DNA of 50,820 nucleotides from IMG/VR virus record IMGVR_UViG_3300036818_000065, positions 1 through 50,820 of that record; one strand, 5' to 3'. Positions 19,119 to 27,586 of the stretch are shown in pieces. Both the position numbers and the translations under genes were made by a program. Source of the stretch: a virus. Lineage: Duplodnaviria > Caudoviricetes. Numbering within the stretch: position 1 is the stretch's first letter; every line of letters begins with the position of its first letter. The notes under the pieces are model-generated. The model saw nothing but the letters and a program-made list of their open reading frames with translations, was not told the origin of the DNA and searched no databases.

Positions 19119-19442
19119 ATGGAAGAGTTTGACACTCCTCACTTCAAATCACCGTTCAGAATAGATGGGGCCACGGCTGCCTACGTAGAGCAGGACTCTA
19201 TTGAGGAGGTCATGCAAAATTGCGTGGCGATACTACGCACTCCATATGGCAGCCGCGAAGACATGAAGGACTTCGGTTTGATTCCTCAGGAATTTGAGGA
19301 CCTGGCTGCCATTACGGAGCATGACATAGAAGCGGCCCTGCTGCGAGACGAGCCGCGTGCTAGAGCACTGACTAGCTCGCAGCTGAAAACGCTGGTCCGT
19401 GAAGTTCAAGTTCAATTGCAAACGACCGCACAGGGGAGCTAA
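19119..19442 (+). CDS. Baseplate wedge protein (gp25/GPW-like)
   Basis: ILRTPYGSREDMKDFG...EPRA gp25 motifs. Confidence 0.85.
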   Translation: MEEFDTPHFKSPFRIDGATAAYVEQDSIEEVMQNCVAILRTPYGSREDMKDFGLIPQEFEDLAAITEHDIEAALLRDEPRARALTSSQLKTLVREVQVQLQTTAQGS

Positions 19443-19443
19443 G

Positions 19444-20613
19444 ATGGCTGAAGGATTTATCAACATTGCGATAGAGAGCGACCCTGATGTTTTGCGCCAG
19501 AGCGTGTACGAAAGGATCCAGGAACAGTTTCCAGAATGGAATCCTGCCAAGGCCGTGCTGGACAAATGGATCATCGATGGGTGTGCCCTCATTGGGGCAG
19601 ACCTTGGTGACGTGGCGGGCGTGGTGCCGGAAGAGATACTGCGACAGTTCGGCGAGACTATCTACAAAATTCCAGCACTGCTAGCCGAACCGGCAGTGGG
19701 TGTCATAACGATCAAAATACAGGACGGCAAAGGCTACCCAACCATCAAAGCCGGGACGCAGATGATGTTCGTCAAACCGGATGGGAACAAGGTTGCATTC
19801 CGTACCCAGGTCGACGTGGAAGTTCCAGTTGGCATGTCCGAAGTTAAAGAAGTTCCTATCGAATCTATCGAACCCGGAACTGAACAGAATCAGTTGTCCG
19901 ACGACCCACATCTTCTCGACAGCGTGTCCTACGTTACCGAACTTATCCAAACCAGCGCCAACACCAGCGGTGGCAAAGACGCTGAGACGCCAGAAGAATA
20001 TCTGGATCGCTTGACCGTCGAACTTGAACTGCTCAGCACTGCCCCCATCGTGCCCAAAGACTACGAGAAGCTGGCGCGGCGGGTTGGAATGTACAGGGCA
20101 GTGGCGATAGACGGCTGGGACCCGGTGGCTGAAACTGAAGGAAACGAACGCATGATCTCGGTAGCCATGGTCGATGAAGAAGGCGAAGGTGCCACGGCCA
20201 AAAAGAAAGAAGAATATGAAGCGGAAGTAGAGTCCAAACGTGAGGTCAATTTCGTCATACACGTCATCGACCCCACCTACAATGAAATCAACGTGCAGGT
20301 GGAAGCAGTAGCGCTGCCGGGGTTCGACAAAGACATTGTCAAAGAACAGATTGAATCAGCATTGGACAACTACCTTGCAGCTAGGAACTCTGGCAACAGC
20401 CCTGGTGAACCGCGCTCGTGGAGGCAGAACACTGTTGTTCGCAAAAATGAGTTGATCTGGCTGATCAACACGGTACAAGGCGTGGACTACATAGTGGGGG
20501 ATGTAAAACTGTCCAAGGGCGTTGGTGCGTTGAAAGCAGAAGATGTTCCGCTAACTGGCAAAGCTGCCCTCACCAAACCTAAGACCTTGACCGTCACGGT
20601 GGTGGAAGCCTGA
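19444..20613 (+). CDS. Baseplate J-like protein
   Basis: IKAGT, EPGTEQN, SGGKDAETPEEYLDRL and DYE motifs; ATG 19444 with GGGGAG. Confidence 0.9.
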   Translation: MAEGFINIAIESDPDVLRQSVYERIQEQFPEWNPAKAVLDKWIIDGCALIGADLGDVAGVVPEEILRQFGETIYKIPALLAEPAVGVITIKIQDGKGYPTIKAGTQMMFVKPDGNKVAFRTQVDVEVPVGMSEVKEVPIESIEPGTEQNQLSDDPHLLDSVSYVTELIQTSANTSGGKDAETPEEYLDRLTVELELLSTAPIVPKDYEKLARRVGMYRAVAIDGWDPVAETEGNERMISVAMVDEEGEGATAKKKEEYEAEVESKREVNFVIHVIDPTYNEINVQVEAVALPGFDKDIVKEQIESALDNYLAARNSGNSPGEPRSWRQNTVVRKNELIWLINTVQGVDYIVGDVKLSKGVGALKAEDVPLTGKAALTKPKTLTVTVVEA

Positions 20614-21221
20614 TGCCTCGACCCGAAGTTACCCAAGCTGCGGAGCTCCTATATGGACGCCTGTGGCCGTACACGTTGGAAGATGAAGCCAATGAATGGC
20701 AGCTGTTGTTGTTCTGCGAGTTCTTGGCTGGGACGTTGTTCGAGCAGGTGCGATCTTATGTCGCTGACCGACCTGAAATGCTTGGCTGGGAGATCGTCTT
20801 TAACGTGGACGCTTGCCCTCCAGAGGCACTGCCCTACCTGGCGCAATTCGTCGGCGTTCACTTCGACCCCAGCGAAACGGTTGAACAGCAACGGCAAAAG
20901 ATCAAGGATCGCCCGGCGTTCAGCCGAGGCACTCCGGCTGCGATACTGGCGGCTGCCAAGCAACGCTTGACTGGTGATAAGAACGTATATATGGAGGAGC
21001 GATTTGAAGGGCATGCATATCGCTTGCTGATCCGTGTATTCGGTAGCCAAACTCCGGACCCGGAAGGGACCGAGTCCGATATCCTCAAACAGAAGCCAGC
21101 TGGGATCAAACTAGTGTTTGAGGTGACCGGACTGAAAGTCTATTCAGAGATCAAAGCTGAATATGCCACCTATGCCAAACTCAAAGAAGCCGGAACCTAC
21201 CAAGAAGCGGCTGCGGAATAG
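20613..21221 (+). CDS. Baseplate wedge / P2 gpI-like tail protein
   Basis: CPPEALPYLAQFVGV...RGTPAAI...KPAGI motifs. Confidence 0.8.
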   Translation: MPRPEVTQAAELLYGRLWPYTLEDEANEWQLLLFCEFLAGTLFEQVRSYVADRPEMLGWEIVFNVDACPPEALPYLAQFVGVHFDPSETVEQQRQKIKDRPAFSRGTPAAILAAAKQRLTGDKNVYMEERFEGHAYRLLIRVFGSQTPDPEGTESDILKQKPAGIKLVFEVTGLKVYSEIKAEYATYAKLKEAGTYQEAAAE

Positions 21222-21228
21222 CCATTCG

Positions 21229-21237
21229 CGCTAAGAT
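21229..21237 (+). promoter_or_regulatory. Putative promoter -10 element (CGC-TAAGAT)
   Basis: Intergenic; identical to the CGCTAAGAT at 22932. Confidence 0.45.
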
Positions 21238-21300
21238 GTAGTACAGTTCGATAGGTAGCAGTAACAGGCAACGCACACAACAAAAGAGGGAGCACCTAGA

Positions 21301-21801
21301 ATGCCGAAAGGTAAAGCGAAAAGCAAAGGTCGGGCCAAGAACAACGACGAGGCTCTGATCAAGAAAGTTCTCGCCCTTCGCGGACGAGACAAGAAGTGGA
21401 GCGAGATCGGGGAAGAGCTCGGGATCACGCCGGGTAAGGCTCAGTTCCTCGTGATGCGTTCCGAGGTGAAGCCGAAAGACCGGATCAAATTCACCAACGA
21501 CGAAGATCTGGCCGCCAAGGTGGTTGCGGCTCGCGACAAGGACCTGCTCTCCTGGGGTCTGATCGCCGCGCGCTCGGGCGTGTCCGAGGGCAAGATCAAG
21601 CGCCTGTACGAGGAGGCCGGGGGCAAGGGGCCGCAGAACGTCGCCTCCGCTCGTGCCGGCGATGGAGAAAGCGCCCCGCGCAAAGCATCCAAAAAAGGCG
21701 CCAAAGCCAAAGGCAAAAAAGGCGCTCGCGAGAAAGTCGCTCGCAAAGGCAAAGGTCGGCGTAAAGGCAAAGGGCGCAAAAACCCTTCGACCAACAGCTG
21801 A
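21301..21801 (+). CDS. Histone-like DNA-binding protein: two HTH-like units plus a Lys/Arg-rich tail
   Basis: KKWSEIGEELGITPGKAQ and LSWGLIAARSGVSEGKIKRLY (HTH-like); KASKKGAKAKGKKG...KGKGRRKGKGRK tail; SD GAGGGAG. Confidence 0.75.
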   Translation: MPKGKAKSKGRAKNNDEALIKKVLALRGRDKKWSEIGEELGITPGKAQFLVMRSEVKPKDRIKFTNDEDLAAKVVAARDKDLLSWGLIAARSGVSEGKIKRLYEEAGGKGPQNVASARAGDGESAPRKASKKGAKAKGKKGAREKVARKGKGRRKGKGRKNPSTNS

Positions 21802-22016
21802 CCGATGAGGAGCTAGAGACCCTGCTGCCGGAAGGCCGCAGGGTCACTATCCTCTCGTCCTACGAAGGTCATTCTTTGGAGAATGAGTTCGTGGTCAAAT
21901 CGGTCAGGAGTTTCACCCCCGATACCGGAATCCTTCAATTCTGGGATCAGCACACCATGGGGCTACGGACCTATAAGGTCGCCGGCGAAGGGGCTTCGAA
22001 GATCATCCTCCACTAG
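21780..22016 (+). CDS. Putative -1 frameshift extension of the histone-like protein (not in the ORF track)
   Basis: Open frame KPFDQQLTDEELETLLPEGRRVTILSSYEGHSLENEFVVKSVRSFTPDTGILQFWDQHTMGLRTYKVAGEGASKIILH*; heptamer A_AAC_CCT at 21780-21786; downstream hairpin. Confidence 0.6.
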   Translation, partial: KPFDQQLTDEELETLLPEGRRVTILSSYEGHSLENEFVVKSVRSFTPDTGILQFWDQHTMGLRTYKVAGEGASKIILH

Positions 22017-22055
22017 GGCAGGTCACCCGTACGGAAATCGAAGGGTGGCCTGCCC
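22016..22055 (+). terminator. Strong hairpin (terminator or mRNA stabiliser)
   Basis: 13-bp stem GGGCAGGTCACCC / GGGTGGCCTGCCC starting in the stop codon of the extension frame; no U-tract. Confidence 0.55.
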
Positions 22056-22074
22056 ATCCACATAAGGAGCGACT

Positions 22075-22305
22075 ATGAAGTTTGAGTTCAAGAAAGTTCC
22101 AGTGCCGTCCCGCGCCAAGAAGAGCCTCGACAAGAGCGTTACCAACGTACGTGCGTTCAAGGTCAAATGTGACGGCAACGTCATTGGCACGGTGGTGGGC
22201 TCGGACATGGCAGGCAAGCCGGGTTGGGGATACATGCGAGAGGACAAGCTGTATGGCGGCTTCGGTACGCGACAGCTAGCAGCGGAACGGCTGGCGGCAT
22301 CATGA
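22075..22305 (+). CDS. Hypothetical protein
   Basis: SD TAAGGAG; ATGA coupling to the next gene. Confidence 0.75.
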   Translation: MKFEFKKVPVPSRAKKSLDKSVTNVRAFKVKCDGNVIGTVVGSDMAGKPGWGYMREDKLYGGFGTRQLAAERLAAS

Positions 22306-22502
22306 TCAAATTCAGGAAGAACAGGTCAAAACAGATCTTGGTTCTATCAGAGGTGTTGCGCATCAAATGTGACGCTCCTCGACTGGAGGTGTCGCAGTAC
22401 TCCGATGGCGGTTTGGGAGTGTCCAGGCTCAACGAGTCTGGCAAGGTCGAGGCTTACACCGCCATTGCTGTCGATGGCGAGACCAGGACGGAGGTTGCTT
22501 GA
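22302..22502 (+). CDS. Hypothetical protein
   Basis: ATG 22302 overlaps the upstream stop; stop overlaps the next start. Confidence 0.6.
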   Translation: MIKFRKNRSKQILVLSEVLRIKCDAPRLEVSQYSDGGLGVSRLNESGKVEAYTAIAVDGETRTEVA

Positions 22503-22723
22503 TGCCAAAGAAGACGCCAAGCCGAGACAAACGGCTTAAGATTGATCTCTGGGTGACGGATGGCCTGCGAGCTGCTGTGGGAGCCACCGTGCGTGACGAC
22601 GGTAAGCCCGCCAACGACACTCAGCTTCGCTACTGGGCGCAGCAGCAGGTAGACGAGGCCAGCACCCAGGAGGTTGAGAGGTTCGAGTCGCACCGCCGAC
22701 GCCCGCGCCGACGGGGGCAGTGA
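22499..22723 (+). CDS. Hypothetical basic protein
   Basis: SD GGAGG; coupled on both sides. Confidence 0.65.
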   Translation: MMPKKTPSRDKRLKIDLWVTDGLRAAVGATVRDDGKPANDTQLRYWAQQQVDEASTQEVERFESHRRRPRRRGQ

Positions 22724-22974
22724 TGGCTGGGCTGCCAGTCTACACCATCGAGAAGCGAGAACGCGGGTGGCTGTTTGTCAGCTGCCCGCGTAAAGACTGC
22801 GGCGAACAGTTTGCTGTGGTCCCTAGTCGCTGGGCCGAGTCCTGGAAGGGACATGGGCGTGCATGCCCATATTGCTTCCGCCCCTCAAAAATGCCTGCAA
22901 AACGTGGGGAAAAGCGGAAAGGATCGAAATCCGCTAAGATTTCTTCTACCAGCCAACGTAGAAGGAGCGTCTAG
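22720..22974 (+). CDS. Small zinc-finger-like protein
   Basis: CPRKDC...CPYC. Confidence 0.6.
   Translation: MMAGLPVYTIEKRERGWLFVSCPRKDCGEQFAVVPSRWAESWKGHGRACPYCFRPSKMPAKRGEKRKGSKSAKISSTSQRRRSV
22932..22956 (+). promoter_or_regulatory. Repeated promoter-leader motif, copy 1
   Basis: CGC-TAAGAT-N6-TACCAGCCAA, then AAGGAG and ATG 22976. Confidence 0.65.
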
Positions 22975-22975
22975 T

Positions 22976-24940
22976 ATGGAAGCCAAAGCCAGCCTACACG
23001 AAGACTCGAAGATCAAGGTCGAGTTTCCATGGCATCCCAAAGCCGTTCAAGTCATCAGGGGAATCCCTGGAGCTCGTTTCACGCCGCGTGAGAAGGGTGG
23101 TCCGTTCTGGCTGCTGCCGCTCAGTATGGAGAGCGGACGCGCGCTGCGCGAAGCTTTCAGTTCTGATGGTGATTCGATCGCTTATAGCAAACAGTTGCTA
23201 GTCTGGGGCCGGGAGCAACGCGACCGCGAGCGTAATCTGGCCAATGTAACGCTTGCCGATGACGCAAAGCTACCACGTCTGGAAAGCCTTGACGTTCATA
23301 TGCCCAAGGAGTTCCGGAGGTCTAACAAACGTCTCAAAAAAGAAGGGCGCAAAGCCAACTACGACAGCCAGCCGCTACATAAGTGGATGCGATCTGATCA
23401 GCGCGTCAACGCTGCATTCATGGCCAAGACCAGCTGCATCAACGGCGACCAGCAGGGGCTGGGCAAGACGGTTGAGTGGATCGCTGCAATTTACGAGGCT
23501 GAAATGGAAAACGGTTACCACCTAGTGTCAGCTCCCGTCACCTCGTTAGAGAACACTTGGGTGACTGAGATTGAGAAGTGGATGGACATCACTATCCTGA
23601 CCGGCGACAACCCCGCTAAGCGCAAACTGGCGCTGGAGGTTGCGGTGGAAATGTACGAAGCGGAGGAACCGTTCGTACTACTGATCAACCCGGCCATGAT
23701 CATCATGCACACGGAGAAGAAGGACGGCATACCGGTGCACGTTGATTCCAAAGGTCGTGCTGTCCGCACGCCTAAGAATCCAGGGTTTGAGCAGATTGAT
23801 TGGACTACGGTAACCGTGGACGAGTTCCACAAGATGGGGCTGGGCAACCCCAACACTGCCCAGCGTGAGGCGCACATCCGCGTCGGCCGTAAAGCGGAGC
23901 GGTTATGGCCGATGTCTGGCACTCCAATGGGCGGCAAGCCGATCAAGTTGTGGGGTGCGCTGAATGCCATATTTCCAAAACAGTTCAGCAGCAAATGGGC
24001 GTTCGTCGGGCACTATCTGGAGACGGAAGAGCGCGAGTACGAAAAAGAAGGCGAGCAACGAACTGGCCAGGTCATCGGTGGTATCCGTCCCGAGAAAGAA
24101 GAGGCGCTGACCCGCATGCTGGCCAGCTACATGGTTAGGCACCTCAAGAGTGAAGTGCTCAAAGACCTGCCTCCTAAGCAGTATGAGGACGTGTGGTGCG
24201 CCATGCATCCTAAACAGCGCAAACAGTACGAGGCATTTGCCAAGGAAGCCGAGATCAAACTCGAAACTGAGCGCATGTCCGTGCAGAACGTGCTGGATGA
24301 GTACACGCGGCTCAAACAGTTTGCCAGCGCTTGGCAAAAGGTTGTCAAGGCCGGCATGCGAGAAACCCAAGATGGTGACACGTTGCCGGTATGGCAGCTT
24401 ACGCCTCACGCAGACGCTTGTGGCAAGCTGCCCTACCTGCTAGACAAACTAGCTGAGCAGGGCATCACGCCGGACGATCCGGATGGCGATAGCGTAGCTG
24501 TTGTCGGTAGCCAGTTCAAGACGGTAGTCAAGATGCTGCATGGTCACTTGAACAAGATCGGCATCAAGGCTGAGATGATCACTGGAGATACCAAGGAGAA
24601 GGATCGCAATGCCATAGTGCAGCGCTTCCAGAACGGCTCCGAGGACAGCCCGCGAGTGCTGCTGTTGGTCACGACGGCAGCGGTGTCTCTCACGCTCGAC
24701 CGGGCTGACACCGTCCACATCATGGACGAGACTTGGAACCCAGACGATCAGGAACAGTTGGAGGACCGCATCCACCGAAGCAGCCGCATTCACCAAGTTA
24801 TTTGCTTCTACTACCGCAGCAAAGACACTCTGGAGGAATACATTCAAGAGATCACTGGCGGCAAGATAGTTGTCAACAAAAAGGTGCTTGACGAGCTCCG
24901 CAAGAAATTGAAAGACAGTCTTGTTGCCGAAGCCGCATAA
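22976..24940 (+). CDS. SNF2-family (SF2) helicase/ATPase
   Basis: GDQQGLGKT Walker A, VDEFH Walker B, MSGTP, WNP..QEQLEDRIHR motif VI; start reassigned to ATG 22976 (SD AAGGAG). Confidence 0.9.
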   Translation: MEAKASLHEDSKIKVEFPWHPKAVQVIRGIPGARFTPREKGGPFWLLPLSMESGRALREAFSSDGDSIAYSKQLLVWGREQRDRERNLANVTLADDAKLPRLESLDVHMPKEFRRSNKRLKKEGRKANYDSQPLHKWMRSDQRVNAAFMAKTSCINGDQQGLGKTVEWIAAIYEAEMENGYHLVSAPVTSLENTWVTEIEKWMDITILTGDNPAKRKLALEVAVEMYEAEEPFVLLINPAMIIMHTEKKDGIPVHVDSKGRAVRTPKNPGFEQIDWTTVTVDEFHKMGLGNPNTAQREAHIRVGRKAERLWPMSGTPMGGKPIKLWGALNAIFPKQFSSKWAFVGHYLETEEREYEKEGEQRTGQVIGGIRPEKEEALTRMLASYMVRHLKSEVLKDLPPKQYEDVWCAMHPKQRKQYEAFAKEAEIKLETERMSVQNVLDEYTRLKQFASAWQKVVKAGMRETQDGDTLPVWQLTPHADACGKLPYLLDKLAEQGITPDDPDGDSVAVVGSQFKTVVKMLHGHLNKIGIKAEMITGDTKEKDRNAIVQRFQNGSEDSPRVLLLVTTAAVSLTLDRADTVHIMDETWNPDDQEQLEDRIHRSSRIHQVICFYYRSKDTLEEYIQEITGGKIVVNKKVLDELRKKLKDSLVAEAA

Positions 24941-24942
24941 AA

Positions 24943-25124
24943 CCACTGCACCCCTACGGGCGCGTACGTACGCGGACGCTCGGGCGTATCCCGCGAGGAG
25001 GCTGCTAGTTTGGCCTGAGTCCTCGTTCGAGCGTCCGCCCGTACGTACGAGAGCGCGGACCCGATCGCGAGAGATTGGCTGGGTAGCGCCTCTCGCGCGG
25101 GGGCGCGCGTAGCGGGTGTAGCGG
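24943..25124. other. Structured non-coding element, copy A
   Basis: Nested inverted repeats: CTGCACCC/GGGTGTAG, CTACG/CGTAG, CGTACGTACG-CGGACGCTCG / CGAGCGTCCG-CC-CGTACGTACG, CGCGAGAG/CTCTCGCG; homologous to 42351-42470. Confidence 0.75.
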
Positions 25125-25141
25125 GGAATCGTGGATTAGGT

Positions 25142-25162
25142 TATACTTGCTGTACCAGCCAA
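25142..25162 (+). promoter_or_regulatory. Repeated promoter-leader motif, copy 2
   Basis: TATACT-N5-TACCAGCCAA, then AAGGAG and ATG 25184. Confidence 0.65.
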
Positions 25163-25183
25163 GCAGACAAAGGAGTATCTACA

Positions 25184-25858
25184 ATGGAGTTCCCCAAACA
25201 TCTCAACCTTGACCTCACCAAGCGAGCCAGCCGCATGCTCAGCGCAGGCAACGTGGTAGTGACTGTCAAGAGCAAGTCGACGGGCGAGCACATCACCGTC
25301 AAGCTTGCAAGCCGCCTCAAAAACGATTCAGGGCGCGGCAAGAAATGGCAGCCCGTTGGCCCCGACCAAGCCAGCCACATCTTTGCTAGCGTTCGCAGCG
25401 CTGACGCCGCCGGGTGGGATGACAAGATTGGCACCTACTATCCCCGCAACGGTCGCTTCTACGAGGACGACAAAGCCGACCCGGCCCGGGTGTGGGCAGC
25501 GTCGGCGGTTATGCAGTGGCTCTGCGGCAATGCTGACGAAACTCGTGCCATCTACCAGGAGAGCAGCGAGTGTGGTCGTTGTGGCAAGAAGCTGACCGAC
25601 CCGGTAAGCATCGAACGCGGCATCGGTCCTGAATGCTGGGGCAAAGTGACCGGCAGCCAGCATCAGGTCAAGGACAAGACTGCGAGTAGCCGTCCAACGG
25701 AAGACGAGGTGATTGCCCGCGACGCGCGCAACGCAGAAGAAGAACACGCTGAGGCACACATGTTCGATCGGCAGACCAGAGGCGACGAGGCTGCTAAACG
25801 AGAGGCGCTCGCAGAATCCAGTGTCTTCACGGACGACAACGACGGAATCTTCAGTTGA
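25184..25858 (+). CDS. DUF6011-like zinc-finger protein
   Basis: CGRCGKKLTDPVSIERGIGPECW signature. Confidence 0.8.
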   Translation: MEFPKHLNLDLTKRASRMLSAGNVVVTVKSKSTGEHITVKLASRLKNDSGRGKKWQPVGPDQASHIFASVRSADAAGWDDKIGTYYPRNGRFYEDDKADPARVWAASAVMQWLCGNADETRAIYQESSECGRCGKKLTDPVSIERGIGPECWGKVTGSQHQVKDKTASSRPTEDEVIARDARNAEEEHAEAHMFDRQTRGDEAAKREALAESSVFTDDNDGIFS

Positions 25859-25873
25859 CGAAAGGAGGGAATT

Positions 25874-25993
25874 ATGAGCCGTCCAGCCGGTAATTCGGTT
25901 GGGGCCACCTACCGGGGGGAGACGTGGGCGGCTAGGCAAATACCCGCAAATTACGGACAAATTGTGTTAGCGGGGCGGCGCCATACACGGTAA
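25874..25993 (+). CDS. Putative 39-aa small protein
   Basis: Strong SD AAAGGAGG; MSRPAGNSVGATYRGETWAARQIPANYGQIVLAGRRHTR*. Confidence 0.4.
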   Translation: MSRPAGNSVGATYRGETWAARQIPANYGQIVLAGRRHTR

Positions 25994-26065
25994 GGTTGCC
26001 GCCTCGTAGCACCAACCAGCCGTCTCAGCTAAGCAGCAACTACCAGTGAGGAGAGCCGTTCTAGC

Positions 26066-27184
26066 ATGCCACCCCTGTCCGTCCGCACGTCTGAGCGCAC
26101 CACGTGGAAGCGCTGCCGCCAGCAATGGGCGTACGCCTACATGGCGATGCTCAAGCCGAAAACTGAGGCTCCTGCCCTGCGGTTTGGCGGACTAGTTCAC
26201 AAGGCGCTGGAGCTACGGTATCCACCTGGCATCAAACGTGGGCCACATCCGGCCAAGACGTTTGAGAAAGTCTTTAAGGCTGAGTTAATCGACGCCGAAG
26301 AGAAGTGGGGCTTCCGTGACGCCGATGGTGATTGGGCCAATGCCCTAGAGCTAGGCATCGCCATGATGAACGCTTACGTCGACGAGTTTGGTAAAGACGA
26401 GCGCTACAAAGTGATATCCTCTGAGCGTACGTTCAAAGTGCCTGTGCTCAATCCGCGTACGGGCAAGGTGGCGTTTTACTACGTGGGCACCATTGATGGG
26501 GTTTGGGAAGACAGGCAGGACAAAGCCAAGCTGCTCAACGATTACAAGACCACCAAGAACAACCCCGAGGACCTTGATTACCTAGCGCTGGACGACCAAG
26601 CCGACGCCTATTGGACGTGGGGTGTCGACGCGCTGTACGCCGAGGGCGTCCTCAAACCCAAGGACAAACTCAAGGGGATGATCTATACCTACCTGCGTAA
26701 GGCCATGCCAGACACCCGTCCCGTCAATGCGCAAGGACAGCGGCTTAACAAACCCAAGAAGGATGCGCTGATCACCGCAGCTACCAACCTCGGTATTGAG
26801 GTCAGGGGTCTCAAAGTCGATGAGCTGATTGAAGTGTGCCAGGCAGGTGGGGTGGACACGGACCAGCTAGGCGAGGTCAGCGAGAGGCAGCCGCCGCCGC
26901 TGTTCCATCGGGAGAAGGTTTTCCGGTCGGATGTAGAAAGAGAGTTTGCCCGGCCCATGGCCTACGCAGAGGCGCGTGAGATGTTCGCTGCCCGCGCCGG
27001 CAAGATGGCGGTTTACATGAATCCTGGCGGAGCGCCTCCCATGAACAACTGCGGCTTCTGCGGCTACAAGGAACTTTGCGAGATTGACAAGATAGGCGGT
27101 GACGTCGACGCCATGATCAAGGCGACGATGAAACCGTGGGATCCATACGAGCAACACGAGATTGAAGAAGAGGGAAAAGGATGA
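26066..27184 (+). CDS. Cas4/RecB-like PD-(D/E)XK exonuclease
   Basis: N-terminal KRC; FGGLVHKALE; GTIDG...DYKT; C-terminal CGFC.YKELC (Fe-S staple pattern). Confidence 0.85.
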   Translation: MPPLSVRTSERTTWKRCRQQWAYAYMAMLKPKTEAPALRFGGLVHKALELRYPPGIKRGPHPAKTFEKVFKAELIDAEEKWGFRDADGDWANALELGIAMMNAYVDEFGKDERYKVISSERTFKVPVLNPRTGKVAFYYVGTIDGVWEDRQDKAKLLNDYKTTKNNPEDLDYLALDDQADAYWTWGVDALYAEGVLKPKDKLKGMIYTYLRKAMPDTRPVNAQGQRLNKPKKDALITAATNLGIEVRGLKVDELIEVCQAGGVDTDQLGEVSERQPPPLFHREKVFRSDVEREFARPMAYAEAREMFAARAGKMAVYMNPGGAPPMNNCGFCGYKELCEIDKIGGDVDAMIKATMKPWDPYEQHEIEEEGKG

Positions 27185-27187
27185 CCA

Positions 27188-27260
27188 GCCGGGTTAGACT
27201 AATTGGAAAAGTCGCAGGCTTTGTAAGCCTGAGTTGCGAGTTCGAATCTCGTACCCGGTA
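27188..27260 (+). tRNA. tRNA-Thr (anticodon UGU), CCA not encoded
   Basis: Full cloverleaf: acceptor GCCGGGT/ACCCGGT, D-stem GACT/AGTC, anticodon stem CAGGC/GCCTG with loop TTTGTAA, T-arm GCGAG-TTCGAAT-CTCGT. Confidence 0.9.
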
Positions 27261-27340
27261 CTCCCCGCAAGGGGATGGAGCCCCCTGGGGCGGTGGCCAA
27301 CTAGGGCTGCCGCCCCAACCAACTAAAAGGAGCAACTAGA

Positions 27341-27586
27341 ATGCCAATCAAACATGGATCGGGTGAGCATGCAGAGTTGTGCGCTGCCCGCATGGCGGAA
27401 CGAGAGCACGAACGCAAGGAGCGCGCCCGCTTGGTTCGAGTCAAGCGCCGCCGCTGGCTACTCTGGACCCCGCTAGCCCTCGTTGGGGCAGTGTTGCTTG
27501 TGTGGCAGCTGACCAGCGACATGCCCATCCCGCTGCTGGTGTACGTAGGCATCGTGATGCTGCTGCCGACGGTGGTGGACGTCTGA
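27341..27586 (+). CDS. Small membrane protein (two TM segments)
   Basis: SD AAGGAG; two hydrophobic segments. Confidence 0.7.
   Translation: MPIKHGSGEHAELCAARMAEREHERKERARLVRVKRRRWLLWTPLALVGAVLLVWQLTSDMPIPLLVYVGIVMLLPTVVDV

Noticed and set aside
21883-22065. 60-aa track ORF MSSWSNRSG
   Set aside because: No SD and it runs through the 22016-22055 hairpin; the 21780-22016 frame is more protein-like.
24921-25112. 63-aa ORF over structured element A
   Set aside because: Arg/Ala-rich translation of CG palindromes with no SD; better explained as non-coding structure.
26066-27184. Cas4-like nuclease as evidence of a CRISPR system
   Set aside because: No repeat-spacer array or other cas gene was seen; the Sak4/SSB context indicates a recombination exonuclease.
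27188-27260. tRNA 3' end as an attP site
   Set aside because: No tyrosine or serine integrase was recognised, and the tRNA is complete rather than a fragment.
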